This document shows, piece after piece, positions 35,889-46,648 of a DNA stretch of 64,000 nucleotides. The position numbers and the translations under genes were made by a program. The DNA is taken from the NCBI GenBank assembly GCA_040756235.1, contig JBFLZG010000002.1, forward strand, positions 64,001-128,000, written 5' to 3'. Numbering within the stretch: the stretch's first letter is position 1; each line of letters starts with the position of its first letter. The stretch is from a bacterium. Its GTDB lineage: Bacteria > Desulfobacterota > DSWW01. The notes below the pieces were generated by a model. That model made no database searches. It was not told where the DNA came from and saw nothing but the letters and a program-made list of their open reading frames with translations.

Positions 35889-37037
35889 ATGGCCAGGGCC
35901 ATCGAGCACATTCGCTATTTGGTTGATATCGTCGGATACCGCCCCCCCACCTCCGAAGGCGAGCGCTGGGCGTCCAGGTACATCCAGGGGGTGTTCAAAA
36001 AGCTCGGCCTTGATCTTCAGGTGGAGCCGTTTTACTCCCACCGTACCTTTTCTTACCCTTATATGATTATTTTCGGCGTGAGCATTCTGGGCGGTCTGCT
36101 GTTCGGCAGCCATCCGGTGCTCGGTTTTCTCCTTTCCGCACTGGCGGCCGCCGCCTTCTACCTGGAGAACACCTGCCGGGGTCACGTGTCCCGCATGTTG
36201 CCTCGGGATCCCTCCCAGAACGTGGTCGCGAGGATCCCGGCAGCCGGGGAAGCCCGGCGCCGGGTGGTCGTGTGCGCCCACTACGACACCTCCCGGACCG
36301 GAGCGAGCTTCCACCCCAGGCTGGTCAAGGGCTTGCGCAGGGCCTTCCTCTTCACGATCCTCTCCGTCATGGGCATGCCCCTGTTCATCCTGCTAGGGGC
36401 GATGTTCTGGTCCGGGCTGTTCGGGCTGCTGCGGACGCTCGCGGTGCTCTGGCTGGCCGTGAACTTCCTGTTGCTCCTTCACCGCGAGGTGTACGGCAAG
36501 AACGTGCACGGCGCCAACGACAACGGCTCGGGCACCGGGGTGCTGCTGGCGCTGGCGGAGTCCCTGACTGCGGATCCGCTGGCGAACACGGAAGTGTGGC
36601 TGGCCGCGACCGGCTGCGAGGAGGCCGGCATGGTCGGCATGCTCGCTTTCCTCGAGCGGCACGAGGTGGAGCTGCGGGACGCCTTTATCGTCAACCTGGA
36701 CAACCTCGGCGCCGGGAGCCTCAAATACATCACCGGAGAAGGCATGCTCCAGGTCTGCCCTTCGGACCCGGAGCTGCTCATGCTCTCCGCCGAGGTCTGC
36801 CGGGAGAACCCGGATCTGCCGCTGGGCCCCCATGAGTACCGGACCATGCCGACCGATGCGTATGCGGCCCTGGTCAAAGGATTCCGCGCCCTTTCGGTCA
36901 TGGCGTTCGATGCGGACGGCGTGATCCCCAACTGGCACTGGGAAACGGACGTGATCGCCAACCTGGATGAGCGAAATCTTCTGCAGGCGGAGCGATTCGT
37001 CACGCTGCTCCTGAAGAAGATCGACGCGGAAAAATGA
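35889..37037 (+). CDS. Membrane-anchored M28 family metallopeptidase
   Basis: AHYDT, GANDNGSG, GCEEAG, NLDN, NWH metal-ligand motifs; internal TM helices. Confidence 0.82.
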   Translation: MARAIEHIRYLVDIVGYRPPTSEGERWASRYIQGVFKKLGLDLQVEPFYSHRTFSYPYMIIFGVSILGGLLFGSHPVLGFLLSALAAAAFYLENTCRGHVSRMLPRDPSQNVVARIPAAGEARRRVVVCAHYDTSRTGASFHPRLVKGLRRAFLFTILSVMGMPLFILLGAMFWSGLFGLLRTLAVLWLAVNFLLLLHREVYGKNVHGANDNGSGTGVLLALAESLTADPLANTEVWLAATGCEEAGMVGMLAFLERHEVELRDAFIVNLDNLGAGSLKYITGEGMLQVCPSDPELLMLSAEVCRENPDLPLGPHEYRTMPTDAYAALVKGFRALSVMAFDADGVIPNWHWETDVIANLDERNLLQAERFVTLLLKKIDAEK

Positions 37038-37137
37038 AACGGGACCGGAGAAGGCGCGCGGCAACGCAAACAGGCGCGCTTGTTTCGGCATCCAAGTGTG
37101 ATCGAGCCAAAACCAATCGACCCCACCAAAGGAGTGA

Positions 37138-38145
<1,008 letters not shown>

Positions 38146-38178
38146 ACCCGTCCACCGATAGCCTCCGCAGGAGGGACC

Positions 38179-39363
38179 ATGGCGATCCGAACGATCGACG
38201 AGCTGGATCTCCAGGGCAAACGTGTGTTCATCCGGGTCGACTTCAACGTGCCCCTGGATGCCAACCGCAACATCACCGACGACAACCGCATACGGGCGTC
38301 GCTGCCGACGGTCCGCTTCGCGCGGGAGAAAGGCGCCAGAGTGATTCTGGCCTCTCATCTGGGCAGGCCCAAGGGCAAGCGGGTACCGGAGATGGGGCTC
38401 GCGCCCGTGGCCGCACGCCTCTCCGAGTTGCTCGGCTCGGCCGTGAAGACCTCGAGCGACTGCGTCGGTCCCGAGGCGGAGAAGGCGGTCGCCTCTCTCC
38501 GGCCCGGTGAAGTGCTGCTTCTGGAGAATCTTCGTTTCCACAAGGAGGAGACGGACAACGAGCCGTCCTTTTCCAAATCGCTCGCAGCGCTTGCCGACGT
38601 TTACGTGGGCGACGCTTTCGGAGCGGCCCATCGGGCCCACGCTTCGACTGCGGGCATGGTGGCCCACGTGAAGGAGGCCGCCGCAGGCTTCCTCATGCGC
38701 AAGGAGATCCAGTATTTCGAGGAGGCGCTGAAGAAACCGGCGCGGCCTTTCGTCACCATCCTCGGCGGAGCCAAGGTCTCGGACAAGATCGGGGTGGTGC
38801 GAAACCTGCTGCCCAAGGTGGACGCTCTGCTGATCGGCGGCGGCATGGCGAACACCTATCTGTGGACCCAGGGATACTCGGTCGGCGCCTCGAAGGTCGA
38901 GCAGGACAAGAAGCAGGAAGCGGCGCAGGTGCTGAAAGAGTCGGCCGGAGCCGGCGGCAAGATCCTGCTGCCCGAGGACGTGGTGGCAGGCAAGGCGATC
39001 GAGCCGGGTGCCGAGACGAAAGTCGTTCCTGTCGCCCAGGTGCCGGAGGGGTGGTTTGCCCTGGACATCGGTCCCAAGACCAGGGAACGCTACAGGGCCG
39101 AGATCGCGAAGGCCAAGACGATCGTGTGGAACGGCCCCCTGGGCGTTTTCGAGATGGAGCCTTTTGCGCAGGGCACCAGGGCGATAGCCCGGGCGGTGGC
39201 CGACTCCGGCGCCACAACCATCGTGGGAGGCGGCGACACCGTGGCGGCCATCGAGAAGGAAGGTGTGGCGAGCCGGATCACGCACGTCTCAACGGGCGGA
39301 GGTGCATCGCTGGAGTACCTCGAGGGCAGGGTGCTGCCGGGCATCGCGGCCCTGGACCGATAA
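38179..39363 (+). CDS. pgk: Phosphoglycerate kinase
   Basis: [37 protein letters not shown]. Confidence 0.98.
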   Translation: MAIRTIDELDLQGKRVFIRVDFNVPLDANRNITDDNRIRASLPTVRFAREKGARVILASHLGRPKGKRVPEMGLAPVAARLSELLGSAVKTSSDCVGPEAEKAVASLRPGEVLLLENLRFHKEETDNEPSFSKSLAALADVYVGDAFGAAHRAHASTAGMVAHVKEAAAGFLMRKEIQYFEEALKKPARPFVTILGGAKVSDKIGVVRNLLPKVDALLIGGGMANTYLWTQGYSVGASKVEQDKKQEAAQVLKESAGAGGKILLPEDVVAGKAIEPGAETKVVPVAQVPEGWFALDIGPKTRERYRAEIAKAKTIVWNGPLGVFEMEPFAQGTRAIARAVADSGATTIVGGGDTVAAIEKEGVASRITHVSTGGGASLEYLEGRVLPGIAALDR

Positions 39364-39403
39364 AGCCTTGCCTCTAGGTATTCTTGAGCAGGGGAGGGGT
39401 TTC

Positions 39404-40162
39404 ATGGAACGTAGACCGATCATGGCCGGGAATTGGAAGATGAACCTCCTGGTAGGAGAAGCGGAGTCGCTCGTCAAGGGCCTGCTTGCGGCTTTGAAGG
39501 ATACCGCGGACGTGGACGTCCTCGTGGCCCCGGCTTTCACGTCCCTCTATCCGGTTGCGCGCCTGCTCGCCGGCACCTCCATCGGGCTGGCCGCCCAGAA
39601 CCTCTACTGGGAAGAGTTCGGTGCCTTCACCGGAGAGGTGAACGCGAAGATGCTGCGGGACGTGGGGTGCAGCCACGTGATCATCGGACACTCGGAGCGA
39701 AGACAGTTCTTCGGCGAGACCAACGAGACCGCCAACCGCAGGCTGAAGACCGCGCTCTCCGGAGGTCTCGTCCCGATTCTTTGCATCGGCGAGACCCTGG
39801 AAGAGAGGAAGCAGGGGAAGACCCTGGCTCTGGTTCAGGAGCAACTCGAGAAGGGGCTCGCGGGCATCGGACCGGAAGAGGCCAGGAGGATCGTCCTGGC
39901 CTATGAGCCGGTCTGGGCTATCGGGACCGGCGAGACGGCGACCCCCGAGCAGGCCGAAGAGGTGCACGCTCACATCCGCAAGCTGGTGGGGGCCCGGTTC
40001 GGCGAGGCCGTGGCGGCGGGCACGCGCATTCAATACGGTGGGAGCGTGAAGCCGGACAACGTGCAATCCCTGATGGAGCAACCCGATATCGACGGCGCGC
40101 TGGTCGGCGGGGCGAGCCTGAAGGCGGAGAGCTTCGCGCGCATCGTCCGATACAAGGCCTGA
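39404..40162 (+). CDS. tpiA: Triosephosphate isomerase
   Basis: AGNWKMN, IGHSERR, AYEPVWAIGTG, YGGSV, LVGGASL. Confidence 0.98.
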   Translation: MERRPIMAGNWKMNLLVGEAESLVKGLLAALKDTADVDVLVAPAFTSLYPVARLLAGTSIGLAAQNLYWEEFGAFTGEVNAKMLRDVGCSHVIIGHSERRQFFGETNETANRRLKTALSGGLVPILCIGETLEERKQGKTLALVQEQLEKGLAGIGPEEARRIVLAYEPVWAIGTGETATPEQAEEVHAHIRKLVGARFGEAVAAGTRIQYGGSVKPDNVQSLMEQPDIDGALVGGASLKAESFARIVRYKA

Positions 40163-40338
40163 CCGGCACGCGCCGACGGAAGATCGTCCCACGGGATCGC
40201 GCACATGGGCTCCGGTCCTTGATCCGGGGCGATCGACATGGTAGATTGCGGTAGAGCTTCGATTCTGGAGGCCGGTCCGAAACGCCCGGATCCGCGGCCA
40301 GGGACGGCCCCCAAGACCTGCATCAAAGGTGTCCGCGC

Positions 40339-40791
40339 ATGTACATCGCTTTCATCGTCGTTCACATCCTGGCCTGCCTGGCCCTGATCCTGATCGTGCT
40401 GCTCCAGAGGGGCAAGGGAGCGGATCTGGGGGCTGCTTTCGGCGGCTCCTCTCAGACCGTGTTCGGCAGCCAGGGGGCGGGCGGATTTCTCGCCAGACTG
40501 ACGACCGTCTCTGCCGTGGTCTTCATGATCACGTGCCTGAGCCTGGCCTACATGTCCTCCCATCGGGCCCAGGCGACGATCATGGAGAGGTCGCGGTCCG
40601 AGACAGCGGCTCCCGCCCAGACGGCCGCTCCTGCCGAAGAGGGGGCTGCGCAGGAAGCGCCCGACGCGACGGCGGCGGGCGCGCCTGCAGGAAGTGACGC
40701 CCCGTCGCAGGCCGCGCCGCCGGCCGCCGGGGGCGCAGCCGAAGCTCCGGCGCCGGCGGGTGCGGGAGGCAGCGGCGGAACCGGCGACTGA
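40339..40791 (+). CDS. secG: Preprotein translocase subunit SecG
   Basis: VLLQRGKGADLGAAFGG, two TMs, Ala/Pro-rich tail; conserved position after tpiA. Confidence 0.93.
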   Translation: MYIAFIVVHILACLALILIVLLQRGKGADLGAAFGGSSQTVFGSQGAGGFLARLTTVSAVVFMITCLSLAYMSSHRAQATIMERSRSETAAPAQTAAPAEEGAAQEAPDATAAGAPAGSDAPSQAAPPAAGGAAEAPAPAGAGGSGGTGD

Positions 40792-40805
40792 CGCAAGCAA
40801 CTTTT

Positions 40806-40891
40806 GCCGAAGTGGTGGAAATGGTAGACACGCCATCTTGAGGGGGTGGTGCCCACTGGGTGTAGGGGTTCGAATCCCCTCTTCGGCACCA
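40806..40891 (+). tRNA. tRNA-Leu(GAG)
   Basis: Acceptor stem gccgaag/cttcggc, anticodon stem ccatc/ggtgg with loop ttGAGgg, long variable arm, GGTTCGAATCC, encoded CCA. Confidence 0.95.
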
Positions 40892-40896
40892 ACTCG

Positions 40897-40934
40897 AGAG
40901 CCTGTGACCGCGCCGGTTACAGGCTCTTCTGTTT
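40897..40934. terminator. Hairpin terminator after tRNA-Leu (possibly bidirectional)
   Basis: agagcctgtgacc-gcgcc-ggttacaggctct followed by tctgttt, between convergent units. Confidence 0.6.
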
Positions 40935-40952
40935 GGAGCGGCCCGCCCGGGC

Positions 40953-41354
40953 TCAGCGCGCTCGGCCGCCCCTCTTGGATCGCTCCTGCAGTCTTAGGAC
41001 GATCGGGAGGTCCGCTCCCGGGAAGTCGTATGCCCCCAGCTCCTGCGGAGGCACCCACCTGAGCTCCTCGTGCTCCCTGGGTCTCATCTCCCCCTGCAGC
41101 CAGGAAACCTCGTAGGCCAGCAGCTCGATCGCGAAGTCGCCGTAGTCGAAGCGGCTCGAGCAGATGAACCTCCCCGTCTCGGCTTCGATCTCCAGCTCTT
41201 CGCGCAGCTCTCTCTCGAGGCATGCCTCGGGCGTTTCGCCGGGCTCGACCTTGCCGCCCGGGAATTCCCATTTCCCCGCGAATCGGCCCTCCCTGCGCCG
41301 GGCAATGAGAACCCTGCCGTCCCTTTCTATGACAGCCGCCGTGACTCTCAGCAT
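40953..41354 (-). CDS. NUDIX hydrolase (MutT/NudG-like)
   Basis: WEFPGGKVEPGETPEACLERELREEL Nudix box. Confidence 0.9.
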   Translation of the reverse strand: MLRVTAAVIERDGRVLIARRREGRFAGKWEFPGGKVEPGETPEACLERELREELEIEAETGRFICSSRFDYGDFAIELLAYEVSWLQGEMRPREHEELRWVPPQELGAYDFPGADLPIVLRLQERSKRGGRAR

Positions 41355-41500
41355 GATCGCTCTCTTGGATGCCGTAGGCGCACCGCAGCGCCGGGATCAC
41401 GGCAGGTCGGGGAGACGGCAGCGCAGGCACGGGCACTGGCCGATCGTGATGCGCGTGCGGTAGCCGCCTTCGGCGAGCTCGGAGGGGCGGGACTGCCTCC

Positions 41501-42547
41501 TCAAAGCTGCCCGCGGTCACGGCCGATCCTGCGCACGGCCTCGCCGGCCCCGCCCGCAGGCACATCCAGGTGCGTGACGAACCGGATCATGGTATCCGAG
41601 AGCGGCAAGGCTCGAACACCGAGCGCGTACCAGAGGGTCAGGGCCTTCTCGGTCGTGGCCTGGCAGTCGGTGTGCACCATCACGATGTTCGTCTCCGGTT
41701 CCTGGACCCGGAAGCGGCCGTCGAGCACCCGGCTCAGCCCCCGGGCGAGCACGGCCGCCTGCTCGTGGTCGTCGCGAAGACGCGGCAGGTTGTGCTCGAT
41801 CGCGTACAGCCCGCAGGCAGCCAGCACGCCTGCCTGGCGCAGGCCTCCGCCCAGCATCTTGCGCAGCCAGCGGGCTTTCTCGATGACGGCCCGGTCCCCG
41901 ATGACCAGGGAGCCCACCGGGCAGCCGAGGCCTTTGGAGAGGCAGCACGAGAGCGTGTCGACAGCTCCGGCGTAATCGGAGAGCGGACTGCCGCTCGCAA
42001 CCGAGGCGTGCCAGATCCGGGCCCCGTCCATGTGCAGGCGCATGTCCTGCCCGCGCGTGAGCTGTCGGAAGGCGCGCACCTGCTCCAGGGGGACCACGCG
42101 GCCCCCGGCGAGGTTGATGGTGTTCTCCAGGACGAGCAGACGACTGACGGGCGCGTGCACGTCCTGGTGGCGGATCGCGCGCCGGACCTGCTCGATCGTC
42201 AGGACCCCGTCCGGGCTGTCCAGGACGTGGAACAGGATGCCCAGCAGGGCCGCACCGCCGCCCACCTCGTGCACGAAGGAGTGGGTGCGCCGCTCCATGA
42301 GAACCTCATCGCCGCGCTGGCAGTGGAGCGCGAGCCCGATGAGGTTGGCCATGGTGCCGGAGGGGACGAGAAGGGAAGCCTCCCGGCCGAACCGATCGGC
42401 CACGAGAGCCTCCAGCTTGTTTACGGTCGGATCCTCCCGGAAGACATCGTCTCCCACCTCGGCTTGCGCCATGGCCGCGCGCATACCCGTTGACGGTTTC
42501 GTGACCGTGTCTGACCGAAAGTCCAGGACGACGCTGTCGAGGGTCAT
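41501..42547 (-). CDS. ltaE: Low-specificity L-threonine aldolase
   Basis: DFRSDTVT, GDDVF-EDPT, SGTMAN, ENT, HMDGAR, CLSKGLG-PVGS, GGGLRQAG. Confidence 0.92.
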   Translation of the reverse strand: MTLDSVVLDFRSDTVTKPSTGMRAAMAQAEVGDDVFREDPTVNKLEALVADRFGREASLLVPSGTMANLIGLALHCQRGDEVLMERRTHSFVHEVGGGAALLGILFHVLDSPDGVLTIEQVRRAIRHQDVHAPVSRLLVLENTINLAGGRVVPLEQVRAFRQLTRGQDMRLHMDGARIWHASVASGSPLSDYAGAVDTLSCCLSKGLGCPVGSLVIGDRAVIEKARWLRKMLGGGLRQAGVLAACGLYAIEHNLPRLRDDHEQAAVLARGLSRVLDGRFRVQEPETNIVMVHTDCQATTEKALTLWYALGVRALPLSDTMIRFVTHLDVPAGGAGEAVRRIGRDRGQL

Positions 42548-42583
42548 GATCTGTTCGCCTCGGGTCTTGGGACAGGCTATGAC

Positions 42584-43216
42584 TCAGATCCAGCCCAGGG
42601 GTATGAACACGGCCAGGCACAAGGCGTCCGCTGCGAGGATGCTCCCCGCCGTGACGAGCTTGGTGCGAAGCTTCGGGGCATCGTACACCCAGAACCCGAT
42701 CACGAACCAGTAGAAGTAGCCGAACAGGAAGATCAGCCAGGGAGCACCCCGGTTCCACCAGGGCCATTCCCAGGTGAGGGCACCGATCGAGTTGAGGATG
42801 TACTCGACGAACACGCAGAAGAGCGCGGCGGCAACGGCGACGAACAGGCGGTTCGGAATCCCCATGATCTTCGTCGTCCTGTCCCGGGGCAGTTGCTTGA
42901 CCCATACGATCCCGAAGACGGCGAACATGAAGGTGATCTCGATGTTCAGCCCGATCAGGATGACGTAAGCCGATTGCCCCGGAGTGCCCCAGGCCGGGGC
43001 GTAATTCGTGAAATGAAACAGGAGGCCGTTCCAGATCTCGTTGAACCAGTCCAGGCCCCAGAAGGTCAGGCCGGCCAGGACGGCGCTCCAGTTCCTCCTT
43101 TCGATCTCATTGGCATAGACGTAGACGACCATGAACAGGAGAGGGATGACGTACCACTGGAAATGACTCGGGTCGCGCACCAGGGACCATGCTCTTGCTG
43201 CAGTGTCTGCGGGCAT
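42584..43216 (-). CDS. Hypothetical integral membrane protein
   Basis: Hydrophobic, Trp-rich ORF with AAGGAGG RBS before ATG 43216; upstream of ltaE on the same strand. Confidence 0.7.
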   Translation of the reverse strand: MPADTAARAWSLVRDPSHFQWYVIPLLFMVVYVYANEIERRNWSAVLAGLTFWGLDWFNEIWNGLLFHFTNYAPAWGTPGQSAYVILIGLNIEITFMFAVFGIVWVKQLPRDRTTKIMGIPNRLFVAVAAALFCVFVEYILNSIGALTWEWPWWNRGAPWLIFLFGYFYWFVIGFWVYDAPKLRTKLVTAGSILAADALCLAVFIPLGWI

Positions 43217-43477
43217 GACGCACCTCCTTGTGAGGCGTGAGGGGGACTTGGAAGAGGGAGTCGGGAACGGCAAGTGCGGCTCAGAAATATCCGGCGCACG
43301 GCCACGATGTCAACCAGCCGGATACGTGCGCGCTCGGAGACGGCTCGCCCGCGTTCGTTTTGCACCTTGACATTGGGAACGGCATTCTCTGAAACTGGCG
43401 GGCGCGAGGCAAACAACAGGGCCCCGTTTCCCGCTTCCGTGTACTGCCTCGAGAGAGAAGGAGTAGACCGTAACTCA

Positions 43478-44935
43478 ATGGCCGGAGAAAGGCTGCTTTA
43501 CCGCAACCCGGGCGCCTTTGCCACCGTGACGGTGCTTCAGGGCGAAGGCTCGTACAAGGAGCTGAGGGTCAACGACGTACCCGAAGTGCCCACGGACTAC
43601 GGCTGCCTCCAGGCTTTCCATGCGCTCGGGCACTTGCCGTGCCTGACACACGGGAGCCCCGAGCGGGCCCTGGTCTTGTGCTTCGGGGCCGGGATCACGA
43701 CCGGCGCCATCTCGATCCACGGCCTCGAGCGGATCGATGCGGTGGAAGTCTGCCCGGACGTGGTCGAGGCGAACCTGTACTTCTTCGAGGAAAACCGGCA
43801 CGTGCTCGCGGACGACCGGGTGCGGCTGATCCTGGAGGAAGGGAGATCCTATCTCTCGCGGTCCGGCGACTCCTACGACCTCATCGCCTGCGATTCGACT
43901 CACCCCCGCTCCGGCGACAGCTGGATGCTTTACACCAGGGAATTCTACGAGCTCTGCTTGCGCAGACTCCGCCCCGGCGGGGTCCTCTGCCAGTGGCTTC
44001 CGATTCACGGACTCAAGCCTTCCGAGTATAAGAGGGTCGTCAGGACCTTCCTGAGCGTCTTCCCGGACACGACCCTGTGGTTCCTGAACCGGTTCACCCT
44101 GCTCCTCGGAGGCGGCAGATCGTCGCTCATCGACTTCGGCCGCTTCGCTCGAGGGCTGAAGGGAAGCGGCGTCCGAGAGGACCTGCGCCCTTATCATCTG
44201 GAGGATGCCTGCGCCTTCCTGAGCTGGTTCGTGGCCGGAGGGGACGACCTGCCGCGCTACGCGGACGGCGCCGAGATCATCACGGACCGCGCACCGCTGC
44301 CTCGAGGGAGCACACCGGAGAGGCTGGCCACCGACACCAAGCCTCTCAACCTGGCCGAGCTGTGCGCCATCCGGAGGGAGGTCGCTTCCATCCTGAGGGG
44401 AGCGCCCGCGGCCGCCCGGAACAAGCTGAAGAAGTATCATGAAGCCAGAGAGCACAGCCTTCAGGGCCGCATCTTCTGCTTTCAAGGACGGTACGAGCGG
44501 GAGAGAGAGTGCTACCTCGAGGCCCTGAAGGCGCTTCCCGGCGACCGTGACACCCGGGTGCTTCTGAGGGAAGCGGAGTGGAACCTCCTGCTGGCGGAGG
44601 GCAAGAAGAGCGTGGAGGAGGGTGCCCTCGAGAAAGCCTGCAAGCTGTACAGGAAGGGGTTGCGGGCGGACGGTCATGCGGGAGCCGCCCTGTACAATCT
44701 CGGGGTGGTGCATCTCAAGATGGGACGCTACGACCGAGCCGTACGTTATTTCCGGGGCGCCCTGCAAACCGTCCCGTGGAACGCCGAAGCGCACTACCAT
44801 CTGGCGGCAGCTTACTGGAACAAGGGAAAAGAGGCGGACTGCCGGGCCGAGCTGGAGCGGGCGCTCGAGCTCGAACCGCGCATGGAGAAGGCGAGAAGAG
44901 CGCTCGCGAGGCTGGGACGGGAGGACGCGCGCTGA
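43478..44935 (+). CDS. Spermidine synthase-like SAM-binding domain plus TPR repeats
   Basis: RALVLCFGAGIT, DAVE, EGR-YL, YDLI--D, LYTREFY, LRPGG--CQW; C-terminal ALYNLG/AHYHLA TPR helices. Confidence 0.72.
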   Translation: MAGERLLYRNPGAFATVTVLQGEGSYKELRVNDVPEVPTDYGCLQAFHALGHLPCLTHGSPERALVLCFGAGITTGAISIHGLERIDAVEVCPDVVEANLYFFEENRHVLADDRVRLILEEGRSYLSRSGDSYDLIACDSTHPRSGDSWMLYTREFYELCLRRLRPGGVLCQWLPIHGLKPSEYKRVVRTFLSVFPDTTLWFLNRFTLLLGGGRSSLIDFGRFARGLKGSGVREDLRPYHLEDACAFLSWFVAGGDDLPRYADGAEIITDRAPLPRGSTPERLATDTKPLNLAELCAIRREVASILRGAPAAARNKLKKYHEAREHSLQGRIFCFQGRYERERECYLEALKALPGDRDTRVLLREAEWNLLLAEGKKSVEEGALEKACKLYRKGLRADGHAGAALYNLGVVHLKMGRYDRAVRYFRGALQTVPWNAEAHYHLAAAYWNKGKEADCRAELERALELEPRMEKARRALARLGREDAR

Positions 44936-45017
44936 GGCTGGTGTGCGCTCTCGGCGCCCCGGCTTTTCTGCGCCGCTTCGACCCCGAGCTGTGAGTTCCG
45001 GTGTCCTGGGCTCGTTC

Positions 45018-46451
45018 TCAGAAGAGTGAGAAAGGGAAGGGCTGAATTCCGGTTCCTGACGGTCCCGGCGCCGATCCCTGGGACCGTGATCTCTGCTCCG
45101 CGCGTGCCACTCGAGCGACGCCGTGCTCCGAGGGTTCCGCCTGCGCCTCCAGGAGGTCGGCCTGCTGCTGGAGGGCGAGCGCCTTTTCCCCCTGATGCAG
45201 GTCTCTGAGGCAGGCGGACAGGCTCCGGTAAATGGCAGGAGAGTCACCCTTCCTGTTTAGCGCCTGCGCGAAGTGGATCGCGGCGCGCCCGGGCCTGCCC
45301 AGCTGTTGATACGCCGTGCCCAGGCAATAATCGATCCGGAAGTCTTCCGATCCCTCCTTCACCGTCTGCTCCAGGAGGTCTATGGCCGCCTGTGGCTCTC
45401 TGCGCTCCAGATGGCAGAGAGCCGCGCCGATGGCGCAGAGCAGGCCGGGGGCGTTCTGCTCCCGCGCGGTCCGGTACTGCTCGACCGCGTCCGTAAGCCT
45501 GTCCTGCATGCGGTAAGCCTCGGCCAGGTAACGCCGGGCCACGGCGGGCGTGTCGTGCCTGCGGGCGAGACTTTCGAGCAGGGGAACCGCCCGGTCGTAA
45601 TCCCGCTCCAGGTCGAAGGTCTTCCAGATGAGGCGCAGGAGCTCCTCAGAGGCGGGCTTCTCCTGGAGAACGCCGCCAAGGACCTCTCGTGCCTCGAGGG
45701 CCCGGCCTTGCTCGATGGAGGCGGCCGCCGAGGCCAGCGGAGAATCCCGGTCCGCCTTTCCCGTTTTTCGGGCGATGAGCCCCAGAGACGCCACCAGGAG
45801 AAGCCCGGCCAGAGCGACGGTGGCGTGCCACCGGAAGGCTCGCGGCCAGTGGCGCCCGGGAGGGCAGGGAGGGGGAAGAGCATGCGCGTTGGATCCCCCG
45901 TCGGCGGACATGCAAAGCAGCCCCTCACCCTTCCCCGGTGCACGGGGGAGGCAGAGGCGCGCCAACAGGACCTCTTTTCTCCTGGCCTCGATCAGACGGC
46001 CCGCCTCCTGGAGGGCGCGGACCTGGCTCTGATAACGTTCCGCCAACTCCTGGAGCAGCTCCGGGCTCTCGGTCAGGTCGGAGCGGATCCGATCTAGGCA
46101 TGCGCCGGCCTCGGAGTGGGTCTCTTCCATGGCCAGAACGGACTCCAGGCAGTCGAGGGCGTCGGAATAGTTCCTGGACTCGAGTGCGATGAGGCCGCGG
46201 GAGAGCCACAGAAAGAGGAGCTCGTAAGTTCCCTCCCGTACCTTGGTGCAGGCCCGGTCGTGTTGGTGTCGAAGGCACTCCTGGAGCGCCGGGAGCGTGG
46301 CCTGCTCGGGATAAGAAGAGCAGACGGTGTCCAGGATCTTGCCTTCCCGGTAAACCCGGGTCTCGATCTGCCGCTTCTCGGGACCGAGGTCCTGGGTCTG
46401 GATGTCGTAGGCGGCATCATGGAGATTCTCTTTGTGGTTGAGGCCGAGCAT
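45018..46451 (-). CDS. TPR repeat protein with a central TM segment
   Basis: N-terminal YDIQTQD domain, TM VALAGLLLVASLGLIA, multiple TPR-like repeats. Confidence 0.65.
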   Translation of the reverse strand: MLGLNHKENLHDAAYDIQTQDLGPEKRQIETRVYREGKILDTVCSSYPEQATLPALQECLRHQHDRACTKVREGTYELLFLWLSRGLIALESRNYSDALDCLESVLAMEETHSEAGACLDRIRSDLTESPELLQELAERYQSQVRALQEAGRLIEARRKEVLLARLCLPRAPGKGEGLLCMSADGGSNAHALPPPCPPGRHWPRAFRWHATVALAGLLLVASLGLIARKTGKADRDSPLASAAASIEQGRALEAREVLGGVLQEKPASEELLRLIWKTFDLERDYDRAVPLLESLARRHDTPAVARRYLAEAYRMQDRLTDAVEQYRTAREQNAPGLLCAIGAALCHLERREPQAAIDLLEQTVKEGSEDFRIDYCLGTAYQQLGRPGRAAIHFAQALNRKGDSPAIYRSLSACLRDLHQGEKALALQQQADLLEAQAEPSEHGVARVARAEQRSRSQGSAPGPSGTGIQPFPFSLF

Positions 46452-46500
46452 GGCGTCGGGGAACCCCTCGGGTGGAGATCACTTTCGGGTAAGCCGTCCA

Positions 46501-46528
46501 TGGCACGTGGAGTGCAAAGCCAGTGCCA
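46501..46528. promoter_or_regulatory. Overlapping divergent sigma54 (-24/-12) promoter-like motifs
   Basis: Minus strand TGGCAC-tggct-TTGCA (46528-46513); plus strand TGGCAC-gtgga-GTGCA (46501-46516); both share TGCA. Confidence 0.55.
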
Positions 46529-46648
46529 TGAAGGTCCGTTCGCGCGCGGCGCCGTGACGGGAGCGAGATCAAGTTGGCAATAATCTGTATTTGAAGGCAT
46601 TTTCAGGCATTTTGAGCTCGGGATCGGTACAGAGATGAGGAATTCGCC

